Source: a virus (lineage: Duplodnaviria > Caudoviricetes). From it: DNA of 31,708 nucleotides. The stretch covers positions 1 through 31,708 of the IMG/VR virus record IMGVR_UViG_3300046005_001686; one strand, given 5' to 3'. The position numbers and the translations under genes were made by a program. Below the pieces are notes generated by a model, which was given only the letters and a program-made list of their open reading frames with translations, ran no database searches and was not told the origin of the DNA. Below are positions 7,163 to 17,900 of this stretch, one piece after another. The stretch's first letter is position 1; each line of letters starts with the position of its first letter.

Positions 7163-9726
7163 TGAGAGTGTTCCGTCATAATCTTAGCGGCGGGGTGCTG
7201 GGTGCGGATCTGCACTACCGGTCCGACATGGAGCATTATCATAAGGGCAATCTGGTGCAGGATAGTTTTTTGCCAACGCCCTACGGCGGGATGATCCGCA
7301 GGCCGCCCAGCGAAAAACTTCTGGAGCATGGTTCGGTAACGGTTGATGCCGTGGTTTATCAGCCGTCCGCTATGCGGTATTTTGACTTTGTGTATGATCG
7401 GGAGGCACAGTATATCGTGGCGCTCATCAGCTATGCGGCTGCCGGTCATGACTCATGGAGCCGGTTTGAGATATTTGATCTGGCCGGCACGCTGAAGGAC
7501 GCGGTGGACTGCGATTATGCGGCGCTGAACTTTAACGAGTTGGCGGTGAAGCAGCTTAATGACGTGATGTACATCGCACACAACGGCTATCCGCTGGCGA
7601 AACTGGTTCGCAACGGTGACACCGAATGGACGCTGGAAGACGCGGAGATGGAGGGCGGGCCGTGGTTGCCGTGGAATGCGGATGAAACGACGCTATCGGT
7701 TGAGAAGGCGGCTTATGCGGCAGGGACAACGTATGCGGTGGGGGATATTGTGCATTCTGGAGCTAGTAATGCATCAATTACTGCTGCGGCATATGTTTAT
7801 TGGTACACATGGAGAAATGTTACTTATTATCTTCTTAACATAACCGTCGGTTCTCACACGATTACAACCTCTGATGTTGTAACTCTTTCTGGCTTCGGGG
7901 GTGCATCTGCACAGCTAAATGGGACGTATACGGTTGTCGCGGTTTCGGCTACTACCGTAACCATAAACACCGGGCGCTACTGGTATGCATATTACAGCAC
8001 TTGGTATAATGACTATCCGCTTCCATCGTCATTCAGTGGTGAGAAGGTCGGAAAAAACGGCGGAGATCAGTTCTTTGTTTCACTCTCTGCCGGGAATGTT
8101 GGCAATGCTCTACCGGTTGCTCCGGCAATTGAGACGGCGCACTGGCGCAGGACGGCCTCCGTGGGGAGCATCACTCTAAAAAGCAGCGACGATTTGTTTA
8201 CTGCTGACAACATTGGGCAAAAAGTTTTCTGCGCAGTCAACATCGCGCAGACGTATGATGGGGTTTTTGATGCAGCGGGCGAGTCCTCCGATCCGGTGGC
8301 GTACTGCAACGGGGCAGTCACGCTGCGTACTGAGGGCGGCGTGTGGGGTGGTATTTGCGCTCTACAGAAGAGTGTGGACGGAGGGGTGACGTGGGAAACG
8401 ATCGGCGTGGTGAATGGCGGAGGCGGAAACCATAACGGTGAAATTACGCGCGATATCGAAGAACCGTTGGCCTTGCTGCGCGTTTATATGAAGACGTATG
8501 AGGTAGTGACGAACGGAACCAACTGCAAATGGCAGTTGGAATTTCCATCAGGAACTCCGTTTATCGGCACGATCACGGCGTATACTGATGCGCGAACGGT
8601 GACGGTTACACCCGAAACCGCGCTAACGGCTCTTTTCCAGACCAAGAATTGGAAGCTGGGTGCTTTCAGTGAAACGAACGGGTATCCGGGTGTGGTGGCT
8701 ATCCATGACGAACGGCTGATGCTGGGCGGGTCACGTCTTCAACCGTTTATGGTGTGGGGTTCGGCGGTCAACAACTGGACGTGGTTTGCTGACGGGGTGT
8801 TGGAAACCTCTCCGCTGGCGATTCAGGCGAATGCAGACCGTGCGACGCGGCTTTGTTGGCTGGCGAGCAAGGGGGAACTGTTATTCGGTACGGACTTTAA
8901 CGAGTATTCCGCCGGATCGCGCGACTCGGACAAGATTATCAGCGGGGTGAACCCTCCCAAAATTGCGGTGCAAAACTCCTACAGCTCGGCACCGACTCAG
9001 GCGTTGCTGATTGGTGAGGATATTATTTTTGTGCAAAGCGATAAAAAGACGCTGCGGAGCATGTCGTTCAGTGACGCAAAATGGGGTTATGCGGGCATGA
9101 ATATGACGATCTCCTGCCCGGATATTGCCGGGAGCGGCTTCCGGTGGTTGAGCGTGCAGAAGAATCCGTTTCCGGTGATTTGGGCAGGCACGGAAGACGA
9201 CACGCTGATTTCGTTCACCTACGACAAGGAGATGAACATTGCCGGATGGGCAAACCATCCGCTGTCTGGCGCCACGGTCGTTTCCGGATGCGTGATTCCA
9301 ACCGTTGGAAGTGACACGCTGTTTATTTGCACAAACCGCTCCGGCGTGTTCCAGATGGAAAAGCTGGATTATGCCAATCAGGTCTTTACGGACGATCGGG
9401 ATGGCACAGAAACATCCATGACCAGCTTGGTGCGGCCTACCAGTCTGGTACAGGCTCCGAACGTATTGGAAGAGGCCAAGTACCGGATCACCAAAATATT
9501 TCTTTATCTGAAAGCCTCACAGGGTGGCGAGGTGAGCGTGGACGGCGGAAAGACATGGGAGGACATCGAGTATCCGTCGGCGGAACTGTTTACGGGCAAG
9601 GTGGAAATCTCGGTGAACTCCGGAAACACCGAAGAGGCTCCGCTAATGATACGCACGACCGGGACGCAACCGTTTAATTTACTGTCTATCGGCGCGGACA
9701 TTGACAGGCAAAGCACGAAGGAATGA
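7162..9726 (+). CDS. Tail tubular protein B / nozzle (T7 gp12-like)
   Basis: 854 aa; N-terminal NLSGGVL...PTPYGGMIRRP, QLNDVMYIAH..YP, GYPGVVAIHDERL and GWANH motifs; position after tubular A. Confidence 0.88.
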   Translation: MRVFRHNLSGGVLGADLHYRSDMEHYHKGNLVQDSFLPTPYGGMIRRPPSEKLLEHGSVTVDAVVYQPSAMRYFDFVYDREAQYIVALISYAAAGHDSWSRFEIFDLAGTLKDAVDCDYAALNFNELAVKQLNDVMYIAHNGYPLAKLVRNGDTEWTLEDAEMEGGPWLPWNADETTLSVEKAAYAAGTTYAVGDIVHSGASNASITAAAYVYWYTWRNVTYYLLNITVGSHTITTSDVVTLSGFGGASAQLNGTYTVVAVSATTVTINTGRYWYAYYSTWYNDYPLPSSFSGEKVGKNGGDQFFVSLSAGNVGNALPVAPAIETAHWRRTASVGSITLKSSDDLFTADNIGQKVFCAVNIAQTYDGVFDAAGESSDPVAYCNGAVTLRTEGGVWGGICALQKSVDGGVTWETIGVVNGGGGNHNGEITRDIEEPLALLRVYMKTYEVVTNGTNCKWQLEFPSGTPFIGTITAYTDARTVTVTPETALTALFQTKNWKLGAFSETNGYPGVVAIHDERLMLGGSRLQPFMVWGSAVNNWTWFADGVLETSPLAIQANADRATRLCWLASKGELLFGTDFNEYSAGSRDSDKIISGVNPPKIAVQNSYSSAPTQALLIGEDIIFVQSDKKTLRSMSFSDAKWGYAGMNMTISCPDIAGSGFRWLSVQKNPFPVIWAGTEDDTLISFTYDKEMNIAGWANHPLSGATVVSGCVIPTVGSDTLFICTNRSGVFQMEKLDYANQVFTDDRDGTETSMTSLVRPTSLVQAPNVLEEAKYRITKIFLYLKASQGGEVSVDGGKTWEDIEYPSAELFTGKVEISVNSGNTEEAPLMIRTTGTQPFNLLSIGADIDRQSTKE

Positions 9727-9730
9727 GTTT

Positions 9731-10348
9731 ATGGACCCGATAACCGCAACACTGTTAATTATTGGCCTTGCCGCGACGCTGGGCGGCACTGCGATGTCGT
9801 ATCAGGCGCAAAAGGCGGCCGGTCAGCAGGCGCAGTATAACGCGGATCATGCGGCCAAGGTCGAAGAGATGCAGGCCGAAGAGGAAAAAGCGCGGCGCTC
9901 GGCCCAGGAACGCCAGGAGCGCAAGCAGGCGCGGATGCGGCGGGCATCCATTGAAGCAGATTTTGCAAAGAGAGGACTGCTGATGACCGGAACGCCGGTT
10001 TATCTGCTGGAAGAGCAGGCCAAGGCCGATGAAATGAATATTCTGGAAGGCAACCGGATTTCGTCGGTTGGTTTTATGCGCTCAATGGAGCGGGCAAAAC
10101 TGATTCGCCAGCAGGGGGCTTTTGACAAAGACGCGGCAGATTACGGCGCCACGACCACGCTGATCAGCGGTGCGGGCAGTCTGGCTCTGACCGGGGCTTC
10201 TTTTAGTGCGGCCGGCGGGTTTGGGCCTGGATCTGGAAAAGCCGGTGCAGGTGGCACAAAGGTTTCTGGCGGCGGCGGAGGTGCTGGATACAATAACGGC
10301 ATGAATGGGCGCGTTACGCCGGGCAGTAATCAACTGTTTTTAACATAG
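9731..10348 (+). CDS. Internal virion (ejection) protein, T7 gp14-like
   Basis: MDPITA start, hydrophobic N-terminus, Ala/Gln helix, Gly-rich tail, canonical position. Confidence 0.7.
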   Translation: MDPITATLLIIGLAATLGGTAMSYQAQKAAGQQAQYNADHAAKVEEMQAEEEKARRSAQERQERKQARMRRASIEADFAKRGLLMTGTPVYLLEEQAKADEMNILEGNRISSVGFMRSMERAKLIRQQGAFDKDAADYGATTTLISGAGSLALTGASFSAAGGFGPGSGKAGAGGTKVSGGGGGAGYNNGMNGRVTPGSNQLFLT

Positions 10349-10359
10349 GAAGGGTTTAT

Positions 10360-11928
10360 ATGGGCCTCATACCGATGGATTTAAGTGTGAGCTACCAGCG
10401 CAATCCGGAGCCCACGGCCGTGCCGCGCGGTTTTGGAATGGAGCGTTTCAATAAGGTGGCCGAGCGCGGGCAGGTGATTGCCAATATCGGCGGAAAAGTG
10501 GCGGATATCGCCACCGACTACGCTGCCAAAAACAAGCGGGCGGATCTGTTGGCCGATGAATTGGCGGCAAGGTCGCAGTTTAAGATTATTCAAACCGAAG
10601 CGCAGTTGAAGGCATCTGAGACGGATGATCCGAATGAAATCCGGCAGATTTGGACGGACGCACACGGAAAATACAGCAGATGGGTGGTTGGGAAGTCTGA
10701 AAAGGGTGTTCCGAATATCCGCTGGAGCGATCAGCAAAAGCAAATGGTGGCGCATTCGGATGCGCTGCAAGGCGAGTTTCGCACGACGGCCGAGATGCGG
10801 ATTGCGGAGGTTGGCAAGCGCAACAGCAACGCCAAGGCTTTGCAGGCGCAGCGGGATGCAGAGATGGCCGGTGATCGGGAAACCATCACTCAGGCGGTGC
10901 AGGTGCGGATTGAGAACGGCACGCTCACGCGCGAAGAGGGAGAGGTTGAACGGCGAGCCTCCTTCCTGAAGTCGGATTTGACTCTGGCAAAAAACAATAT
11001 CTTGAACATCGACGGTATGGAACCGGCCAAAGCGCTGGAGGCGGCAACCGCATTTGAAACGGCGCTGATGGCAAAAGAAGAGGATGGGAGCTGGGCGGCG
11101 TTTGAGCACATTCCGGAGGCGGATCGTAAGACGTTGGTTAAGCAGGCAAAAGATTCTGCTCTGGCATCAACCGATCGTTTTAAAAAGCAGGAAGCCTTGA
11201 GGGTTGGAACAAGCAATGGTCGGGTTTTTAAGTTTATTCAGGAAAATGAGCGGATGCCGAGTCCGGCGGAAAGGATTCAGTTGAATCTGGAGCCGGAAAC
11301 GGTCAAGTCGTTAGATACCGGACGGCTGGAAAAAATTTCTCCGGCGCTGGAGGGAGTCGCGGCATTGTCGATTAAAAAGCAGATTGAGGCGTATGATAAA
11401 ACGAAGGATCCGGACGGTGCGCAGTCGTTGGCTCTAATGATGCGCATTGACGGGTTTAAAGATGCCGGGGCCAAGAAGTGGCTGAGCGGAAAGCTTGCGG
11501 ATGCGTTGTCGGACGATCCGACCAAAGGGGTTGATGCGCTGGCGAAGACGCAGATTGAGGACGCGTTGGTCGGTGCTGGGTTCAAAGACAAGAAAGACAA
11601 TAAAGCTCTTACGCGAGAAATCACGCTGGAGCATGCTGCGTATGATCAGTGGGTGAAGCAGAAAAACCCGACGCCCGATGAGCGTCTTGCTTATGCCAAG
11701 AGCGGACGGTTTACGGATCTGGCCAAGAACAAAGACAAGGCGCAGTTCCGCACCAAGTTGATCCGCGGATACTCATCTCCGGCTGGTTCTGGGATTGATT
11801 CGGTTCGCAAAGCGGCCCAGTCGCAATACGGAATGAAACCGGCAAGGCAGGTTGTTGGTGTTCGTAAAGAAAACGGAGTGGTAGTTGCCAAACAGTACGA
11901 TGACGGAACAATCGAGGAAGTGAAATGA
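10360..11928 (+). CDS. Internal virion (ejection) protein, gp15 position
   Basis: 522 aa helical, charged protein between the gp14-like gene and the giant gene. Confidence 0.6.
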   Translation: MGLIPMDLSVSYQRNPEPTAVPRGFGMERFNKVAERGQVIANIGGKVADIATDYAAKNKRADLLADELAARSQFKIIQTEAQLKASETDDPNEIRQIWTDAHGKYSRWVVGKSEKGVPNIRWSDQQKQMVAHSDALQGEFRTTAEMRIAEVGKRNSNAKALQAQRDAEMAGDRETITQAVQVRIENGTLTREEGEVERRASFLKSDLTLAKNNILNIDGMEPAKALEAATAFETALMAKEEDGSWAAFEHIPEADRKTLVKQAKDSALASTDRFKKQEALRVGTSNGRVFKFIQENERMPSPAERIQLNLEPETVKSLDTGRLEKISPALEGVAALSIKKQIEAYDKTKDPDGAQSLALMMRIDGFKDAGAKKWLSGKLADALSDDPTKGVDALAKTQIEDALVGAGFKDKKDNKALTREITLEHAAYDQWVKQKNPTPDERLAYAKSGRFTDLAKNKDKAQFRTKLIRGYSSPAGSGIDSVRKAAQSQYGMKPARQVVGVRKENGVVVAKQYDDGTIEEVK

Positions 11929-14900
11929 CCGTGAAACTTGCTGAAGGATTTGAGCCGGTGGTGTTGGCGGAAGGCTTTGAACCGGCGACGGCGGTTGATC
12001 AGCCGGACAGCAGTCCGGTTCCGGAGGGGTGGAAACCGTTCTATGACTATGCGAAGAGCGGCAAGTATATTCCGGACGAAGACCGTACCGGATTTGTGCT
12101 GGGATCCATCGAGCAGATGGGGATTGATGTAGGCGGTGTGGATACCTCCGGAGCAACGGAAGAGATATTTACCGGGCAAAAAACGCTGAATTTCGGACAG
12201 AAGCTGGTTCGCGGCGCGATCGGTGCAATTCCTATTCCCGGCGCTCCGCTGGCGGCGGCCGCGCTTGGTCAAACCGTTTTGGGTTCAAACAAGAAAGTTC
12301 CACGTGGATGGGGTGAAATCAGTAAAAGTGCGTTTGGCCGTGAGATGACGGTTGAAGAGGCAGAAAAAGAACTGATGGGGCGCATGGCAAAAATCTATGA
12401 TGAAACCCCGCTTCAGGCGTTTGATAGGCAGGATCCAATTACAAAGGGCGAGCTGGCGCGGACGGATGAGAATCAGCGTCGCAAGTCTAGCCGGAAGACA
12501 ACTGGTGATATGGGAACCAACGAGCCCCGGCTGAATATGCCGGGGGTGGACTATTCCCGTTTTGGGAAAGAGCAGCAGGATATTCCGTCCGGTGATGTTG
12601 AGCAGACGGCGCAGGCGATTGAAGCCAAGCGGCAGGAACTGTTTTTAAAATCGTCAGGCGATATCTTCCGGCTGGCGCAGAGCGTTCTGACGCGCAAGGA
12701 AGAGATGATCGGTCAGGCGATGATAAACGGCGCGCGGGATGGCGGGGAGGATGGCATTACGGATGTGGTGAATGCTCACGCGGACGAACTGCTGAACATG
12801 GATGACGAAACCATTGGCTATATGAAAGCCTATGTGATTTCGCAGATTCCCGAAGAGCAGCGCAACTTTTTCCAGCGCATTTTGCCGTCGGCTACGGCGC
12901 AGATTTCGAACCGCTTCAGGAATACGGCCTATTCTGCGCGGGAACTGGGCATTGATATGTTTGGTCTGTCGAGCGACGCGGACCGGATCGGTAAGCAGGT
13001 GGAAACCGGCTTCCGGGGTGTGGAACTGTTTGACGAAGACGGCGCGGTGCTGCCGGAACATGCGGACAAACTGCGTTCGATCATTCGCAACGAGGTGCAG
13101 GCGAATCGGATCGAGGGCGGTCTGGATAAAGCGTCGCAGCAGAAGATTGAGGACTATTATTTCAACAATTTTGGCAGGGTGATTTCTCCGGCGATCCGGC
13201 AGGCGAAGCTGGATCGGTTGCGTTACGGAGCCAAGGCTCTGTCCGCTCCGCAGTACAACGATCTTGGCTTTGTGAAAGAAACCGCGTTGTCGGCGATCGG
13301 AACGACTGTTGACATGGCGGCGCTGGCGGTGATTCAGCGCGTTCCGGTGGTTGGCATTCCGTTTGTCATGGGAACCACTTACGGGAGTTTTCAGGGCGAT
13401 TTGGAACAGCGTTTGATGTACGAGCATGACATGCCGCTGTCTCAGGCGCGGATGACGTCTGCGCTTGCTGCGGTTCCGTATGCGATGTCTGAATATTCGC
13501 AGGCGTTCACGTTGGGCAAGTCACCCAGTCTGTTGCCGTTTATCGGGGAAAAGAATGCTTCGCGGATTTTCCTGCATGAGTTTTCCAACTATGCGCGCCG
13601 GGCAATGTGGCCGGAGTTGCGGGAAGAGTATTGGCAGGCGGGCATAAACTATGCCGCGATGGAAACCGCGCGGGTCTTTGCGGACTCCAAGGGGATTACA
13701 TTTGACGACAATGTGAAGCGGGCGGTGCAGGATGCGGTGCAGGCGACGCTGATCATGCCGTTTGTCACGATTGCCGGCGGCGGAGCGGTCAGCACGTCCA
13801 AGGCGATCGGAACCGGATCCATGCGGCAATTTCTTCCGGAAGAGCTTCAGCGGGCATCTCAGGATATTAAGAGTCCGGTCAGTGTGTACGCGGCAGCGCA
13901 GCAGGCGCGGCGGAAAGTCAAGCTAATGGATGAGCAAGGGGTGCGTCCTGGGCAGTACCCGAAGAAGCTCACAGAAGCCGTTCGGCTGATGGAGCAGGGA
14001 GCAGTGAGCGGGGAGCAGGGTGTAGAAAATCCGGAAGCGGACGAAGCGGAGCTAATGGAAACGCTGCGGACGGAAGGCTACGAAGACCCGGCCAAGGCGC
14101 TGGATGGAATCCGGTTGCAGATTCAGCATGAGGATGCGGTTCAGGAGCTGACGAAGGCCAAGGTGGATCATTATCGGTCTCAACTCGACGCGGAGCTTTC
14201 GCAGGGTGACACCACGGATGTATCGGTGGGGCCGAAAATGGGTAGGATTCAAAGTGCCACAGAAACCTACGCGGCTCGTCTTGGCATTACAACTGAACCG
14301 TATGCGACTTTTGATGATTTTGTTGAAGCTCATCCGGAAATAAAAAACGATCCACGCTGGCCAGAGATAAAGAAAAACCCGGAAATGCTCAAAGCGGTTA
14401 ATCTGGACGGTAAAAAGATCGCGGTGATCGAAGAAAACATTACAGACGCCAACGACGGTCTAACGCAGTGGTGGCATGAGGTTGGCGGGCATCGCGGGCT
14501 GGACATTAATCCGAAGGCGCAGCGGTTTCTGGACGGAGTGAAGTCTGAGCTGGGGATGGACTTCATTAAAAGCCAGCTTCCGGCGTTTTATCACAACCAG
14601 TCAGATAATGAGCTGGTTGGTGAATATCTGTCGCGGCTGGTTGGTCGGGCAGGGCAGGGCGGAGAGTTGGGCGCAACGGATCAGGAAAAGGGCGTCTGGA
14701 AGCGTTTTAAGGAGTGGGCGGGATCTGACCTTGGGTTGGATTTGCCGGAGACCGTGGCGGCGCGCAGCGTGGCGCGGACAGCCAAGGACATTCTCACCTT
14801 CGCCAAACAGTTTGATGTGCGCTATCCGGATGGCATGAGCGTTAAGCTGGAGCGCAAGACCTTTACCCGGACGGGTGGACAGTGGTTGAATGAAAAGGGT

Positions 14901-17900
14901 CGGGCCGTTAAGGATGCGGTACTGGTCGAAACAATTCAGAAGGCGGCGGATGAGTCCGCGAAAAAGACAGAAGAGCGCCAGTTGAAGTCTGCCAAGATCG
15001 AGGCTGAAAAGCGGATTCAGCAGATGGCCGATGCCGATCTGGTGATCAAGATGGTGCTGGAGAACGGCAAGGTTGAAATGCCGGTGATGAAGCCCGGACA
15101 GCCTCTTCCGGATGAGTATGCGGCTGTTCCAAAGCGTTTTCGTGCCGCGAAGGGGTTGGGCATGCCGCTGGATCAGTTGGCCGATCAGGTGGCCGCACTG
15201 AGCGGGCAGACGGCGGATTACAGCACGGATCAGCTTCGCGCGGCGCTGGAACAGTTTGATTCCAAGGCGGAGAGTCTTTTACAGCAGGCGGCAGACGGAC
15301 GGATTCAAACCTCAGCTCACGAAGAGCAGGTTTTGATTGATCAGCTTTCGCGCGGGGAAATTTCCCAAAGTGAATTTGATCAGGCGATGGCTGAGGTATC
15401 GGGAGCGCGGTTTTTGGTGGCTCCTGATTTGAAGGCGAACATCGAGGCGGCGCTTAATTCAGATTCAGATGGAAAAACAGTTCAGAGAACTCGTAAAGTA
15501 ATTGAATTTTCCAATACGCCAGCGCTGCTGCGTTTTCTAGGGATGCCAGATGCAAGGATTATCTCAGAGGTTGGAAATGTCAGGAAAATGAATCTGGTTC
15601 ACCATCTTTCGGTTGATGACATTGCCGAACTTCCAAATCACTACGAAATTCCGGTGGCTGTTTTTAAAGACGGGCAGAACTATATTCTTCTCACGGATGA
15701 GCTGGCCGCAAACAAGGCCGGGATTAATAAGCCGGTTATGGTGTTTCTTGAGCCAGCTGGAGAAAAGCGCGGTGAAAACAATTATATTGCCAGCGCATAT
15801 TCGCGGGAGATTGATAAAGAGGTTGCCTATGCTCAGTGGGCCGAGACCAGCGGGATGATGCTTTATTTTGACAATGAAAGAGCCGCCTTGTTACCGCTGG
15901 AGGAAGCAACATTGTTGCGCATTAAGACCTCCAGCCAAAGCGGCTCTTTTGAGACTCCGGAAAGCTATGCCTCCCGAAAGCACAACAATGACACACCCGA
16001 AGGCGGAAAAAGTCAAGACGTTAGGTCGGTAGCTCCGCCTGCCGACTCCGAAGCATTCAAAAAGTGGTTTGGGGATTCGAAGGTGGTGGATGCGGATGGG
16101 AATCCGCTGGTGGTTTATCATGGGACGCGGGTTGATTTTAATGAATTTGATAGTAGTGGACATCCGAACGAAGAGGTTCCTGGCGCGCACTTTTCAAAAC
16201 AGGCAAGAGTGGCGTCTTTATATGCAGATGGTGCTGGCGCAACTGTCATGCCCGTTTATTTAAAAATAGAGAATCCAGCCAGCCGGGAAGATGTAGACTT
16301 AATTCGCCGGGAGACACGGCTGTTTGGAGAAAAGCTTAGAGAACGGCTTGTTTCTATGGGCTTTGATGGTGTTGTTGACGACACACTGATGAAAGAAATT
16401 ATTGTTTTTTCCCCCACCCAAATCAAATCCGCTACCGGCAACGCGGGCACCTACGACGGGAACAATCCGGATATCCGGTTTTCCATGGAGCAGCAGGAAG
16501 ATCCAATGCGGGCAACGGCGGTGCATATCGCCTACCGGATTTTCACCGGCGATTTTCAGGTGAAGCGGGTTGCCAAGGGGAAGAACAAAGGGCAGATGGT
16601 CGCCCGGACGGATGACGAGCAGCTGGCCGATATTTCAAAGCTACTGGAAAGTCAGGGGCTGTCCAAATCCAAGGTGGCAGCGCAGGAAGTTTTGGACGAT
16701 GCGCGCGCGGTAGCGCAGTCGGCTATCCAGCGCAAGCAGAGTTTAAAGAGCAATCAGAGCGTTTCTAAGTTCATCCGCGATGAAGCAACCCGGCAGTGGT
16801 TCAATCGGCAGGTGGAAACGATCTATCGCGAAGGGCAGTCCGGCGGGAAGATTGCGGCGGCGGCGGAAGCCGAGGTGCGTTATCAGCAGGAAAAAGCCTC
16901 GCAAACCATGTTACGGACTCGTCCGGGTCTCGGCGCGGAAGAGTTGCGGGAATACAATCTAGACACGCGGCATCTGCTGGACAAGCTGGAGTTGGAAGAG
17001 AAGAAGCGCGATTTCAAGCCGCGCGAACAGCGCATGACGGATGATGAGTTTGAGCAGATGGTGGATTCCGGAAAGATGCCGGATATGGGGGTGGACGGCA
17101 ACGCTTCCGGAAGTTATCGGGCGGAGGTGGATGATTTCTTATTCCGCGTCAAAACGGCCGTGGTGCGTAAGCTGACAAAAGAGGGCGTGTTGGCACAGAA
17201 CAAGGATTTACTCAAAGCCATGCGTTCACCGGTGGCGGTGGCTGAATATCGAAAAACATTACAAAACGTCCTTGGCAATACGGCGGCGGAGTTGACCTAT
17301 GGATTCCGGAGGGATGTGATCGAGCGCAAGATTATGGCGCTGGATGACGCCAAGCTGATGAGTACATTGGACAACAAGGCCGGAATGCTCCTGCAACAGA
17401 TGTTTGATGCGCGTGATTTTGAAACTCTCGACACTCAGGTTTCTAAGGTACTTGAATTGACGCAGAAGTTTGGTGGCCGGTTAAAATACCGGCTTCAGGA
17501 AACATCGCAGGCGGTGCAGGTGCGGGCACTCAAGATGTTCCGCATGATTCGCGGCGGGGATGGCAAGTCTGGCGTGTTGCTGATGGAACCAGATGCGGTG
17601 CAGGCAGAGATGGAACAGCTTCGCAATGCGTTTGACGATCCGCAGAAATATGCGCCGGAAGGGTCGGATGTTGAAGCGTGGACTCAGGATGCGGTTGACC
17701 GGTATAACATGATGGATCGGTTTGGTGCATTCAAATACAAGACGGCGGCGGAGCGGGCGGACGCGGTCGGTTGGCTGGAAAGCCGGATTGAGACGGAACT
17801 GAAAGAGCAGGAAGAGCGCCGGGCGGCGCGTAAGGCGGAAGCCGAAAAGATTCTGTCGGCTCTGCAAAAAGCCTTGCCGCGCCGCAAGACGGCCGGACAT

